From the NCBI GenBank assembly GCA_903813345.2, contig CAIIXF020000001.1, positions 41,788,001-41,852,000 on the forward strand: a DNA stretch of 64,000 nucleotides, in the 5' to 3' direction. Below the pieces are notes generated by a model that worked only from the letters and a program-made list of their open reading frames with translations, did no database searches and was not told where the DNA came from. The translations under genes were made by a program, and so were the position numbers. Positions 27,651 to 40,197 of the stretch are shown here, in pieces. This DNA comes from Owenia fusiformis (taxonomy: Eukaryota). Position 1 is the first letter of the stretch. Each line of letters starts with the position of its first letter.

Positions 27651-30600
27651 TCATTGCTTCCCTGCACGGAGATCTGGTAAATCTGTTATGCCATCTTTGT
27701 TTATACATCGAACTTTAAATGTTGGGAGGTTTACTATGAATCGCTTCTGTACCTGAAATCATGAAAAATAGATCCATTGTAACTTGTTAGACTAAAACTA
27801 ATCACATTTAAATACAGAGATGAATGGAAATAGTATGGAATTTAATTCAACAGTAAAGGTATTGAATGCAAATATATTCATGATTGTAATAAGGAAGTGT
27901 CAAGTGTTTTACCATTGAACACCTCAAAATATGAACACTTTTATCTCCATATTTGAATATCCGATCTATTTCAAGTATATATAGGTTATTTACCGGGAGG
28001 GATTGAATATGGGTTTTATTCTGAGGGACAATATGATATTGACCGAAGGATAATATGATATTGACTGAGGGAACGCAGCGACCGAATGTCAATATCATAT
28101 AGCCCAAGGTCAATATCATATTTTCCGAGGAATAAAACCCATATTCAATTATTATTATTATTATTCCATAATACACCCTTTTTAAAATGCTACATTTGGA
28201 TAATGCAAATAACCGGGAAACAGAAAATAGGTTAATAATTGCTCCAATACGATTTTTTCCCGGGGATAATACGATTTTTTCATGTAATACGCTCTAATGC
28301 GATTTTTTTCCTGGGGACAATACGATTTTTTCATGTAATATGATTCAATACGATTTTTATTCCTTCATATTTCCCTGGGAAAACAGTAGTATTATGGAAT
28401 AAAAAGGTTTATTCCATAGTTAGCATGATATTCATAGGATAACATGTGAAAATAAAAACGGTATTTTTGTAATCAGTGGTAAAATATGATATTTTTGACA
28501 AATTTTCACATAACCATAACATACGGTTTTTTAGCCATGACATACGACGTCGTATGCGATGGTTTATGGATTTTTGCTACTTCAGACTCAAAACGAGGCT
28601 AAGTGTCAACATCGCCGGATCGTTCAGAAATTCGAATTAAATAACTTAATTTCCGACGATTCTGATGATGACTTTAACTATGGAATAAAAAGAACATCCT
28701 ATGATTTACTCGTGATATGATTTTAATCCACTCATGGATATTGATATCTGCACTCTCTCGCTACGCTCGCTCGTGCAGATATCATATCCATTCGTGGATA
28801 AAAATCATACTCATAAATCATAGGATATCCTCTATATATTTCATGAAAATGTCTTAATGTGAAAATCTCCAAGTGTGAATATCTCTCTCAACATGATAAC
28901 CTATCAATGTGAACATATTTCAATGTGCAAAGCTGGACCAAGTAATTTACTGTAGTGTACACAAATCAAAGATATTGTCCTACCTCATCTATACACTGAT
29001 GTAATAGTTTAATAGCCCCTTCTTGTGTAACATCTGCAATCAGAAGAAATAAATAATATAAAGTCTGTAATGATCAACAATTCAAAACAATTTGTATTGT
29101 TAACATGTACATTGATGAACAATCTTTTAGCCATGAGCAGTATCTCATGAAATATTTATAAAAATGAGAGAATACTGTAGATACATACATTACTTTTGTA
29201 TTCTTATCAAAATAACAATGTGTGGGAACACACATGCATAGGATTTATTACAGAATATCTTCAAGACATTTTAAACTATTACTAAATGATCAAGACTATT
29301 AAAGCAAAGAGTATCTGTAATTTGATTGGTGCCACCTAGAGAGGTATTGAATTGTGGACCAATCAGAAAAAACATACTCATATTCAGGTAGTAATGTCTA
29401 CAAGTTATATGTGAAAAGTTAATGTGAGAAAATATGCAAGAGTTATGACCCACCATCTCTGTAATATCTGTCTAATAAACTGAGTACGAAGAATGACCCG
29501 TAGCCATGTGCAGCAAATGGGGCCTCAATAAGGGCTGCTAAGTAATCCATGTAGAACAAGGAAGGACCATCTGTCTCATCATAGCCACCAATTAGCATGT
29601 TAACCTGGTATGGAGTCTGAAAATGAGCAAAGATTTGAAAGGTGTTAAATCAGGATTTCTACAAGAGAAATATGTTCGGAAAGAAATTCACAACAATTTC
29701 CGGGCAAAAATCCAGATTTTTGTGACTTTGTACAGTGGCGTAGGAACAATGTACGCCAAAACGCCAGTGCGTAGTGTTGAAAAGTGAGAATAAAAAGGCT
29801 TATTAATTTTCCTATGTTCTCTATTCATATTTTCTCATTGTATTGTCCAAAAGTAATCTCGAGCACACTAGCCTAAAGAAATGTTTTGTGGATACCATAT
29901 GATATGCTCGTTTTTTCAATAGTACTCTTTTGCATGTTTTTTGTGCCTCTGTTATTTTTCTAATCTGGGCCACAGATAAATGACACTTTTTGAAAAATAA
30001 AATATTGAAAGTTACCTTGTTTCTATAATTCTAATCCTAGAAAATGCAAAAAGTAACATGCTTTATTTCATGATAATCGAGCCACTATTGACTATCTTAT
30101 GGATTTTAAAACTAAAATACAATTTCGTCAAATATTCGTGATTCGCGTTCTCTTCACGAATTTGAGAAAAAACAGGTTTTTTTCAAAAACTACTTGATGA
30201 ATACCTTTGCAATTTTTTTGCGCATGTTCTGTAATGCTTATGCAATCAAACTGTGGTCTCGTTTAATTATAATGATAAGCCTCTTTAAATGAGATGTATA
30301 TTTTTTTATTCTCCCCTACCCCCAATTTTTCAATTTCACAATATCGATTTATATTCCGTTGCTTGGCAAAATCATAGACAGAAATTATAGTTAAGTCAGC
30401 AATTATCTATTTTCTTACTAAATCACCAATTGTTATTGGTAGTACTTCTTGAAATATGAATGTTAAAGACAAAAACAACTTGAAAATGTTGATTACTCAA
30501 ATACGCATTCCATCGATTTCAGTTCTAGAAAAGCTATTACCTAGATTTTTATTTCATTTGAAAGATAATAGATTATTGTTTTAGGAAATATAACATTTTT

Positions 30601-33600
30601 GGCACCCCCTAAGTCACGTTGACCTCGATTTGACCTTTGTGGTGGGAAGTTTATTTGGTCTTGCGAATTAGTGTTATAAAAAAGGTTGCAGACATTAGGG
30701 TTAATTGTTTCATTGATCACGAATGCGTTTCTCTAAATCAATTGATCAAGCTAGATTCTTTAATCTGTACGTGTCGTATTGCACGGTACTCAATGGAATC
30801 AGACTATATATCTCAATTTAATTATTCGAAAATGATTAAAAATCTCTCATTGTTATTTGGAAATTGATCGTCTATATCATTCGAGACATAAGAAAAGTGA
30901 GAATGATTTGTGATTTTCCATGGCGATTTTAAATGATGAAAATCATTCGAACATTTAAAGCACATTAAAAGGGGCATCAAGGATTTTAAGCTTGCATATA
31001 AAATCGAAACGCCAACCTATACGTATGACCAATCGCCCATACAAATGCATCGCTTAAACATTTCCGTTCACATTTAGGTTATGAAAACATTGCATTCTAT
31101 TGCCATAAAATGACGTTTAACGAGCATAAAATAGGCGTTTTGATATAGAAGATTTGACACAATTGTTTCATAGTTTTGGCGGGATTTTTTGGCGTAGTGT
31201 TGAATTTACACCTTCCTACGCCCCTGTTGTATGACCTACACTAAGATCAAAATAACAAAAATTCTAGATTATAAAATGTTCCTAAATTTCTTTCAGAATG
31301 AAACTACAGTTTCTCAAATGAAGGACAATATCATATAAAGCCTTCAATGCTTGAATGCTTTTATATCAACACTTTGTGATATGAGATTTAATGACTTACT
31401 CTACTTCGTAGATACTCTGCTAGGTTTCTCCTTGTAAAATTGGCAGCTGCTCGTGGAGACAGCTCATACCCTGAAAATATAAGGTAATAAAATTAAACAA
31501 AATGTTCTCCTCGCATATTTTCCCAAGTGCGTATATTGATCTATTATTTACCAATTCTAACAATAAAATGTCCAATCTATAACATCCAAACATAAAGGTG
31601 CAAAATATATTTTCAACAGGCTGAAAGGTAGGTACTTTTTAAATTCTCAACTGACATCCTCCAACATGTCCAAAGCAAGCATACAGAATCTCTTCAGAAA
31701 AACAGTATTCTGAATCTTAAAGTCCTGCGACTGGAGGATGCTTAGACAGATACAGCCAATCGGTTGCTTTAATCGTTTAAACTTCATAGCATTGGTTCAT
31801 TTAAAAATACTTCAATTTTCATTTACTACTCCATTTTGACTTACCATTTCTCATTTTGTAAAGTTGTATATTTTTGGAAATGTATTCTGCAAACTGGACT
31901 GTGTCTCCTGACTCGCCACTACATGCCATGACAATTTTGTCACTCAGCTTGAACATCTTGTCGTGGTCTGGAAATAGTATCAATGATTGAAAAATATGAG
32001 TCTCATAAAAATATTAAAATACCTCAACCTGAAATAACGTATTGCATCAAGCTGAAAACATTTGTACTCAATGAGTGTGCTATGAATTTGGTTTTGCATG
32101 GAGCAAATTTTAAGTATATAAAGATATACTATTGTGGTCTTATGATAACTTTTTAAATTTTTATTGATTTTGGTAGGAGCACTCTGTTAAGTTTGAAAAC
32201 CCACCCTTTATTATCTATTTATTTTCAGCACTGTAAAGTGGGGAACAAAAATAAACCTCAACCATCAAAAATTGTCACAATGAGCTAAATTTCAAGTTTC
32301 TTGTCTCAAACTCTCCCAAGCGGTAGAAAAACAATTCCCGTTCACTTTAAGTAGCACAATAAATGAATCCAAAGCTTCAAACCTGCAAATGATGGATAAA
32401 TCCCTACCAAATCGAACAAATGTTTTGATGAATCGCCATGTTTGTGATCCAAGGAGGATTGACTCCCAGAATGCAACATCAGTTAACCTTATTTACTTGT
32501 GACAGGTTTCAAAATGGTGGAACAGCATTTTGAAAGCTGGCACGTGTCATGTTGCATTCTGGGAGCCAATCCTCTGTTGCGGCGTAATCGGACTACAAAA
32601 TCCCTCAACATTTGAAGAGTCGGCATTAACATGTGAATATCCACTTCAACTTTTTAAGTTCTTAATTGTCATTATGGACAGAGATTCCACTATATTTGGA
32701 CTTACTAGGACGGAGAAAATAGAGCACTGAATATACCGATGTAAGAATTTATTACATATGCGACAGCATGTAATTTTTAAAGCTATAATAGTAATTCTTT
32801 AAGGTGCCATGGAAGTTAACGGGAAATGACAAAACAAAAAATGTCAAAACCATGCTGGATTTTGAAAATTGTTTGAACCAAGATAACAGAGTTCTGTTTG
32901 GACCCGGGGTTTGGACCTCCAGTCAGTTTAATAACTAGTTCCACATATCATTTACATGACTGGGAACACAATGAAAATGGTCAGAATGACCATAAACATG
33001 ATGAAATAACCTTTTCAGCCCCCTGAAAATGTGACTGAAAAATAGCTAAGAGTAGGTGCTCAGGAAAGGTCACTGAACAGAATCTCTTGACTTTTTCAGA
33101 AAATATGCCCAATATATTGCTCTAAATGATACAAATTTAAAAAAATTCATATCATTCTTAGAAAAAGAAAAAAATGAATGTAAAATCGATCGATTTTTTA
33201 AAATTTCAAAGATTGTACATGTATATTTTAGAGCAATATATTAGACACATTTTCTGAAAAAATCAAAAGATTTTGTTCATGGACCTTTCCTGAGCACCTA
33301 CTTTTAGCTATTTTTCAGTCACATTTTCAGAGGGCTGAAAAGGTTATTTCATCATGTATATGGTCATTCTGACCATTTTCATTGTGTTCCCGGTCATGTA
33401 AATGATATGTGGAACTAGTTAAACTGACTGGAGGTCCAAACAGAACTCTGTTATCTTGGTTCAAAATATTTTCAAAATCCAGCATGGTTTTGACATTTTT
33501 TGTTTTGTCATTTCCTGTCAACTTCCACAGCACCTTAAGTTCCCCACTGTAATTTGTATCAACATTGTATATATTATTGCATTATGATATTTTGATTTCC

Positions 33601-36600
33601 TACTTTTTAGGTTTTATTGACGGAATAAAACAGTGAAATGGAGTTGACACATGCGCACTTTGTCGGTACTGTTTCAAGTTTATAGGCAAGAGGAGGGAAA
33701 ACCCCAGGATTCAATTGATGACATATGATTTCCTCCTTCATGCACCTCCTTTTGTCGAAAACTTACCCTCCATCTTGGTTTTCAAATTGATCTAGTTTTA
33801 AAACAATCAACGATCGACTCACTAGAATCCAAACACAAATTCTCGGTATAAGTTCATATGGTGAAAATAACGAAAAAATGAAATGTTACCATGTGTCTAC
33901 TTAGCAGTTTGTTCTATGTCATCCCTCCTGCAAGGTTACATTGTGGAACTCAGCCAAACACGACACTGAAGGCAGTATTCTGAGGTTATAAAATCTAAAT
34001 CGTAAAAATTTCCCATTTCTTCTTCTTCTGCAGCCCCTTGGAGACTTCCGGAATTGAACAAAGTAGCGAACGTTGCGATCTTTCAACTTTAGTTCGTTGT
34101 TTTTCACCACTTTATGTGTAGTGTTTTCATTTACAGTAAAATTTTAAATGTTAGGAACTACTTTGAATTTAAAAAATAAGCAATCAAATGACTATATTGC
34201 AACAGTATATAAAAAAATAGAAACATATGTACTTGTCCTAACTTTTGTATATTTCAGATAGTTATGTATAATGTGCAGTAAAGCTGTGACCTTTTGTAAT
34301 TTAGGGAGTTTCAGCCATGTTAATTTTTCCGAAAATAACATGGCGGAGAAGCATCAAAATATAAGAGGGCACAGCTATGATAGCTTAACTACAAAACAAA
34401 CCAAAATATACAAAAGTTAGGACATGTATAAATGTTTCTATTTTTACATATACTGCTTCAATATGGTCCTTTGATTGCTTATTTTTTAAATTCAAAGTAG
34501 TTACTAACATTTAAAATTTTACCGTAGGAGGCGGTCTTATTTGAATGCATCATTTCAGGTCTTTATGAATCAATAGATCAATAAGCAGACTAAAAATACA
34601 ATTTAGCAGTTTCTTTCATTGCGTACTGGGCATGTTAGGCACGAAATACAATTTAGCAGTTTCGTTCGTTACGAAATTGGGCCTTCTATAATCAGTAGCA
34701 AATGCTCGGAAAACATTTTCCAAAATATTTACTTCCGTTTTCCTTGAAGAAATGGTTGGGTGACACATCATTGACACGTCATTAAGTCACATGATCGATA
34801 CAGTAACTAGTCACGTGATCAGACACATGTCACGTGTCAGTCACGTGAGCTTGCAAAATGGACGATCTAAATTTCCAAAAATTCTGCTAAGATCAGCATC
34901 GACATGTTGTTGCCTTCATTGTCGTGTTTGGCTGCGTTCCACAATGTAACCTAGCAGGAGGGATGACATAGAACAAACTGCTAAGTAGACACACGGTAAC
35001 ATTTCATTATTTCGTTATTTTCACCATATGAACTTATACCGAGAATTTGTGTTTGGATTCTAAACCAATCAGCGACTATGTTATCTCAATACAGATTTAC
35101 ATTATAACCGTATGTCATCTTTGAACCCTGGGATTTCTCCCCCTCTTTTTATAGGCAGTGACGAACTCCCGTGCAGTGATATATCACTGCGGCGGGCAGG
35201 TATCTCACCGTAAGCATGGTAACTTCGTAATAAACAACTGACGTGATTGGTTCTAGTCCCATGCTCAGATCGCGTGATTGTAAAATTTAGACAATTTCAT
35301 TGGTTGAATTGCGCGTATTAACTAATAAACAACATGTGCGGTAAACTATTATCAACACAACTTTTACTCAGAATTCCTTCCGCGGTGATTTCTTCTCATA
35401 TTTCAATAATTTTGAAATATTTTGACAAAATGATGATTGGGGTTACTCACGTCGAGAGCTACCATGTTAGATTTTGAAAGTATAGCTCTCCATCGTGAGG
35501 ATCTCCAGCTGAAGAATTGTGACATCTAAATTTGCTCAGCGCCAGTCAGCGGCTTACTGTTTGTCTCAAACTGTAGCCTACATATGGGCTCATATGTGTC
35601 TACTTTCCCCGTGCATGTAGGATCGCGGATGTGCTTCTATGGCAATCAGGAGTTCTAATCGTTTTTTGTTCGATACCCATTTCCAATATGGCGGTTAAAC
35701 GGAAATATTATCGACGCATGCGCAACTTGGGAAACGTCAAGCCGCCATATTGAATATACCTGGCCAAAACTTTTGACACGACCAATAAAATGAAGTCCTG
35801 ATCGATACATGGGGCAGTGAGACGTTCTATAGTTGAGCTGAATGAAAGATGGCGATGTAGGATACATTTTCAGGTATATATTGTGCTACATGAGTCAGCT
35901 GAATTCCCTGGAATTTTCTTTGAAGTCAGGATTCTTAAGCTGTTGATTCTAGCGATAGAGAGCTATACTTTCAAAATCTAAGTAGCTCTCGACGGGAGTA
36001 AGATTGGGGAACATTCATGAATACATATTTCATAAGTTGTGTGAAAATTGACTACATATATGATGAAAAGGGGAACTATTTTCCCCAAATTTTGGGGATT
36101 TTCTTCATCTGCCCGCCGCAGTGTCTATACCGAAACACTGCATTGGAGTTCGAGGCAGTGACTTTATACCCCCATAAATGTGGGGCTGAAATCAACATCA
36201 CATTTATGGGGGTACTTTTAAGGTACAGCTGGAAAGTACCATTTTGGTAAAAAATTGATATACCTGCACATGTTATTTTCTGGTACAAAATAAAGTATGA
36301 AGGCATGTATCAATTTCCTTGCTTTTTTCAGGAAAGTATCATTACATTGTCTTCTTTTAGAATATCTGGTAGGCGTTCAAAGGGAACTCCAGGGAATTCT
36401 GATATTTCACACTTCCTGTTTTTCCAAATTTTCTTTCAAAGTTTCCAGACAACACAGGAGCTACCATTGACCTGTTTCCAGGTTTACTAAAAGTAGACAG
36501 TGTAATGATACTTTCCTGAAAAAAGCAAGGAAATACACACATGCCTTCATACTTAATTATGTACCAGAAAATAACATGTGCAGGTATAGCAATTTTTTAC

Positions 36601-36749
36601 CAAAATGTTACTTTCCAGCTGAACCTTAACAAGTGTTTTCATGAACAGTTGGACTTACCTTGCTTCATTGACACAATACTCCTTGCGGAAATCGTATCCG
36701 ATGCAACAATCACGAAGTCTTTGCCTTTAATTCCTATTAAACACTCCAT
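27651..36749 (-). CDS. PSMB2: Proteasome subunit beta type-2 (beta4), 199 aa; exons 36749-36659, 31967-31845, 31470-31400, 29616-29454, 29033-28984, 27752-27651
   Basis: [18 protein letters not shown]...[54 protein letters not shown]...AHGYG...[12 protein letters not shown]; exon sizes 91/123/71/163/50/102, canonical splice sites. Confidence 0.97.
27977..28838. mobile_element. Element with two different terminal hairpins in PSMB2 intron 5
   Basis: Left palindrome around gaacgcagcgaccga; right palindrome around ctcgctacgctcgctcgtg; both ends read ATATAG inward; internal aatacgattttt repeats. Confidence 0.75.
29733..31226. mobile_element. 1.5-kb non-autonomous DNA transposon with 5-bp TSD (PSMB2 intron 3)
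   Basis: TIR cagtggcgtaggaa ... ttcctacgcccctg; ttgta duplicated on both sides. Confidence 0.85.
32803..33534. mobile_element. TTAA-flanked palindromic MITE (~730 bp)
   Basis: ttaa|ggtgccatggaagttaac ... gtcaacttccacagcacc|ttaa; whole element is an inverted repeat. Confidence 0.9.
33689..35147. mobile_element. Inverted-repeat element hosting nested insertions
   Basis: Outer arms agaggagggaaaaccccagg / cctgggatttctccccctct; ~140-bp inner arms 33823-33965 and 34920-35062. Confidence 0.75.
34134..34524. mobile_element. Nested TA-flanked palindromic MITE
   Basis: ta|cagtaaaattttaaatgttag ... ctaacatttaaaattttaccg|ta. Confidence 0.85.
35162..36152. mobile_element. Non-autonomous element with 9-bp TSD (Mutator-like)
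   Basis: TIR cgaactcccgtgcagtg..cactgcggcgggcag / ctgcccgccgcagtg..cactgcattggagttcg; aggcagtga at 35153-35161 and 36153-36161. Confidence 0.85.
35443..36001. mobile_element. Nested MITE with 8-bp TSD (TTAC...GTAA family)
   Basis: ttactcacgtcgagagctac ... gtagctctcgacgggagtaa; gattgggg duplicated; same family as 44290-44885. Confidence 0.88.
36167..36213. mobile_element. 47-bp TIR-only derivative of the 40332-41161 family
   Basis: tacccccataaatgtg ... cacatttatgggggta. Confidence 0.75.
36222..36625. mobile_element. TTAA-flanked palindromic MITE ending 33 bp from PSMB2 exon 1
   Basis: ttaa|ggtacagctggaaagta ... tactttccagctgaacc|ttaa; another terminus copy near 37332. Confidence 0.9.
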
Positions 36750-36780
36750 TTTTGAATAATTTAGCAAAACCTGTGAAAAA

Positions 36781-36790
36781 GTGACAAAGC
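36781..36790 (+). promoter_or_regulatory. Candidate antioxidant response element (CNC/small Maf site) just upstream of PSMB2 ATG
   Basis: GTGACAAAGC matches RTGACnnnGC, 32 bp from the start codon. Confidence 0.45.
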
Positions 36791-37492
36791 TGAAAAATTT
36801 GTCTGTTCGTCTTCATGTAAAAAGAGGTACGGACTGAATTTATTTTTCTCAAAACTTGAATAGATCTTAGTCATTATAATATCTATTGAATTAAAAAGTA
36901 TCATAAACCCAGATGACTTATACAAAACAAATTATTAAGGTAAAATCTTTAAATTACTAAACCAGTGAATAAATTCTTCTGTAGGATTCGCCAATTTTGG
37001 TCACGTGGACAAATTTGAACCCAAGACACACAGACATTTTGACGGAAGGAAAAGGGAAAAGTACAAAATGTAAGTTTTCATCATTTGTGAGATAGTTATA
37101 TATGATAACTCCCATCGTTTGCGCTGTATGAACTGAAGGGTATATGGATATCGTAGTAAAACACGAACCGGCACTTTTCTGATTGAAATGAATAGAATAA
37201 TATGATTCAAATTTTCTGGATTTTTCTGAATTTTTGATGTTCTGACAGTGACAGATCTGGATTTGAGTTCACATTTTAGCAAAATATTTTACAACGGGTT
37301 CAGCTCTGATTTTTTAAAGACTTTGAGTGTTTTAAGGTTCAGCTGGAAAGCACGGACCTCTGCCAGATTACCTCCTCTTGGTATCTAGGCTCAAAAAATA
37401 TACTCAAGGACATACTTGCGATAGATCTGGTACAAAGGCATAAGAAATCTAGATACTATTGTACAATAATATATTGAAAAATATATTCATAT

Positions 37493-38510
37493 TAGAATTG
37501 TTTTCATGGCCTGACTTTGTCGCTAACTTGCTAAATATAAGAGTTACAGTTGGGGACAAAAATAAATGACAGGTCGATTTTCAATCACCATTTCCTAATT
37601 ATGGTCGTCTGAAAGCCCATCATTTCCAATATTGTCTAGATACATATCCCTTAAAATTTGTATATTTCACATTTTGTATAATCTCATCCACTGATGTATG
37701 GCCTTTTGAAAATTCTCTTATTTTTAACATGGGAAATTCTCACTTCAGCAAATCCACCTGTCATTTATTTATGTCCCGAACTGTAGCTGACGTTTGGGAG
37801 TCTGACTTACCTTCTAAAGGTTAGAACCCGAATCTTAATGAAACCATATCACCTTTGTTGCGTCGATGATGATGCATAAACACAGCATTTGATAGAAATT
37901 AGTGTAAATGCTTTTCCGACTTTTTCATTTTTCATCAATGTTGACTTCCGGGAAGGCGTTGTAGTTATCACAAAATAACGCATTGACCCTTGAAAGAATA
38001 TTAAGCAATGTTCTACATCTGCCAAGCGTGAAGTAGCAAATATTTAAAATTACCAATTTCAAGTGAAGTACGCAACGAACGAAACTGCGTGATCTACACT
38101 CCCACTATTGGTCTGAACGAAATGCTACGTAGAAATATGAGCCGTCTGCTGTATTAGTCGATTAATAGAGTAAGACCTGTTGGTGATGCTTTATAATTTA
38201 GACCAAAACATTGAAGAACAAACGAACCTGTAAATCGTGAAAACAACGAACAAATATTCGGTTTTCACATATGTTCGGTAATTTTTCGTATTGAAACTTC
38301 CGGAACTTACAAGGAAATCATTCATTTTCACGGTCCATGATTTACCTCTTGGATGTTGTGGCAAATGCTCCATGGTTGACGGAACAAAGGTAATATGGTT
38401 TCATTAAGATTCGGGTTCTAACCTTTAGAAGGTAAGTCAGACTCCCAAACGTCAGCTAACTCTTATATTTAGCATGTTAGCGACGAACTCAGGCCATGAA
38501 AACAATTCTA
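37493..38510. mobile_element. Inverted-repeat element in the PSMB2/EB1 intergenic region
   Basis: ~130-bp arms tagaattgttttcatggcctga...gacttaccttctaaaggttagaacccgaatc and their reverse complement at 38380-38510; left arm interrupted by an insertion. Confidence 0.85.
37547..37783. mobile_element. Nested Tc1/mariner-type MITE
   Basis: ta|cagttggggacaaaaataaatgacagg ... cctgtcatttatttatgtcccgaactg|ta; removing it restores the host arm. Confidence 0.88.
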
Positions 38511-38602
38511 GAGTCCATGTGTTTAACTGCGTCAGTAAAAGCTAAAAATTAAGAAATCAAAATATCATTTTGCAATGATATATGGAAAAATATATTCCTA
38601 TT

Positions 38603-39392
38603 CAGTGCTTTCAGTAGGCTTGTCCAAAAGTGCTTCCCTGGGACGGATTGATTTTACAAAATCGCGTCCCCCCTCAAAAAAGTGCGTCCCCGTGAAAAAA
38701 GGTTCCCGGGAATTCAAAGTCACATTTTTGCACTGAACGAAAAAAATTGATGAAAAGTTTGCATCAGTTTTGTTAATTTTTGGCCCAGATCAGTGTACTA
38801 CACACGTCTAGTAGGTCATTAAATGATGCAGATACCTTCATTAGAAAGATATAACTAATTTTCAACCATTAAATACAATTTTTCTTCGCGTATTTCAAAG
38901 CAATTTGCTATTGACTTTGATCGCTCAGAAAGTTTCACTAGGAGCAATCTCCGTGAGATTCCATTTTTTGGTTCATTTATTTGCGCATGCGCAGCAAATC
39001 CAGCAATTTGATTAGTTAAAATTATTAAGACGCATGCGCGATTAATAATCTCGGCCAATCATAGGACTCGTACCGATTACCGCTCGGAAATCAACTACTA
39101 GTGATTGTCCAATCACGTACCTCATACTATTTTGATCGGAAATCAACTTCCGGGAAAGAAACTCCGAAAGAAAATTCTATTTCTTTTAGAAATAGAATAT
39201 CGTTCGTTTACTTAGCGGATTTTGACCAAATAAAAGACTGAAGGTAAGATCTTTATCAATACATTCATCCAGAGTTAATTGTTTTGATATGACCTGCACT
39301 GCGTCCAAGTGACCCCTCATTTTCATTGTTTGGGGTCCCTATAATAAAAACCGGGTCCTCTCCATTATGGGATGGCGTTAATGAAAGCACAG
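38603..39392. mobile_element. CAGTG-ended element with 5-bp TSD containing promoter-like motifs
   Basis: cagtgctttca ... tgaaagcacag; ctatt at 38598-38602 and 39393-39397; subterminal gcgtcccc repeats. Confidence 0.65.
38980..39243 (+). promoter_or_regulatory. Candidate promoter and non-coding first exon of EB1
   Basis: NRF1-type TGCGCATGCGCA (38982), CCAAT (39055, 39109), ETS ACTTCCGG (39146), donor AAG|gtaaga at 39244. Confidence 0.4.
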
Positions 39393-39622
39393 CTATTGTA
39401 CATGAATGACATTTGTATATCTTGGATTGCTTAGATACTTTGGCTTATAAAGTGTGTGGCCTCTTATATTTGGATGCTTCTCTGCCATGTTATTTTAAAT
39501 AAGATTAACATGGCTGAAATTTTTCAAATTACAAGACGGCACAGGCTCATTGCACAAAAAACTAAAAAATCTGAAATATACAAATGTCATTCATGTACAT
39601 TATGAATATACTTTTCCATATA

Positions 39623-40197
39623 CAGGGTGGTCAAAAAAAATGGAAACCCTGCATTTTCCTAATATCTTTGTCATTTTAAGATATTACTCCCTGATATTTC
39701 ACACATTTGTACATCATTCAATTTCCTACCACCCTACCAAATTTCATGACCATCAGACTGATAGTCACAATTTTACAGCAGTTTGAATAACATGCTTCAA
39801 TTTTGGCCATCATCGCGCTGTAGGCAAACATGCACAGTTGTCAATGGGCTGAATGCATTTCTCAGCAGGTATGGCCTGAATGATACAGATGATCTCACTT
39901 TTGAGGTTTGTGATTGTCCTGAGGTCATTCTCATACACTTTTTCCTTGCCATACCCCTACAGGTAGGGACATTTTGGACAGCGAGTGCAGGTGGCCCGAC
40001 AGCACAATAGTGGCTACTAGGGCTGTTCTGTAAAGTGCTGTAACATTGTTAATATCAATCTGATGGTCATGAAATTAAGTAGGCCGGTAGGAAATTGAAT
40101 GATGTACAGATGTGCAAAATATCAGGGAGTTATTTCTAAAAATGACAAATATATGAGGAAAATGGTGTAAGGGTTTCCATTTTTTTTGACCACCCTG
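39623..40197 (-). mobile_element. Tc1/mariner deletion derivative with transposase C-terminal remnant
   Basis: ta|cagggtggtcaaaaaaaatggaaacc ... ggtttccattttttttgaccaccctg|ta; minus strand reads GYGKEKVYENDLRTITNLKSEIICIIQAIPAEKC. Confidence 0.88.

Noticed and set aside
33327..36542. Paired plus/minus short ORFs (e.g. [11 protein letters not shown] twice)
   Set aside because: Artefacts of palindromic MITE arms
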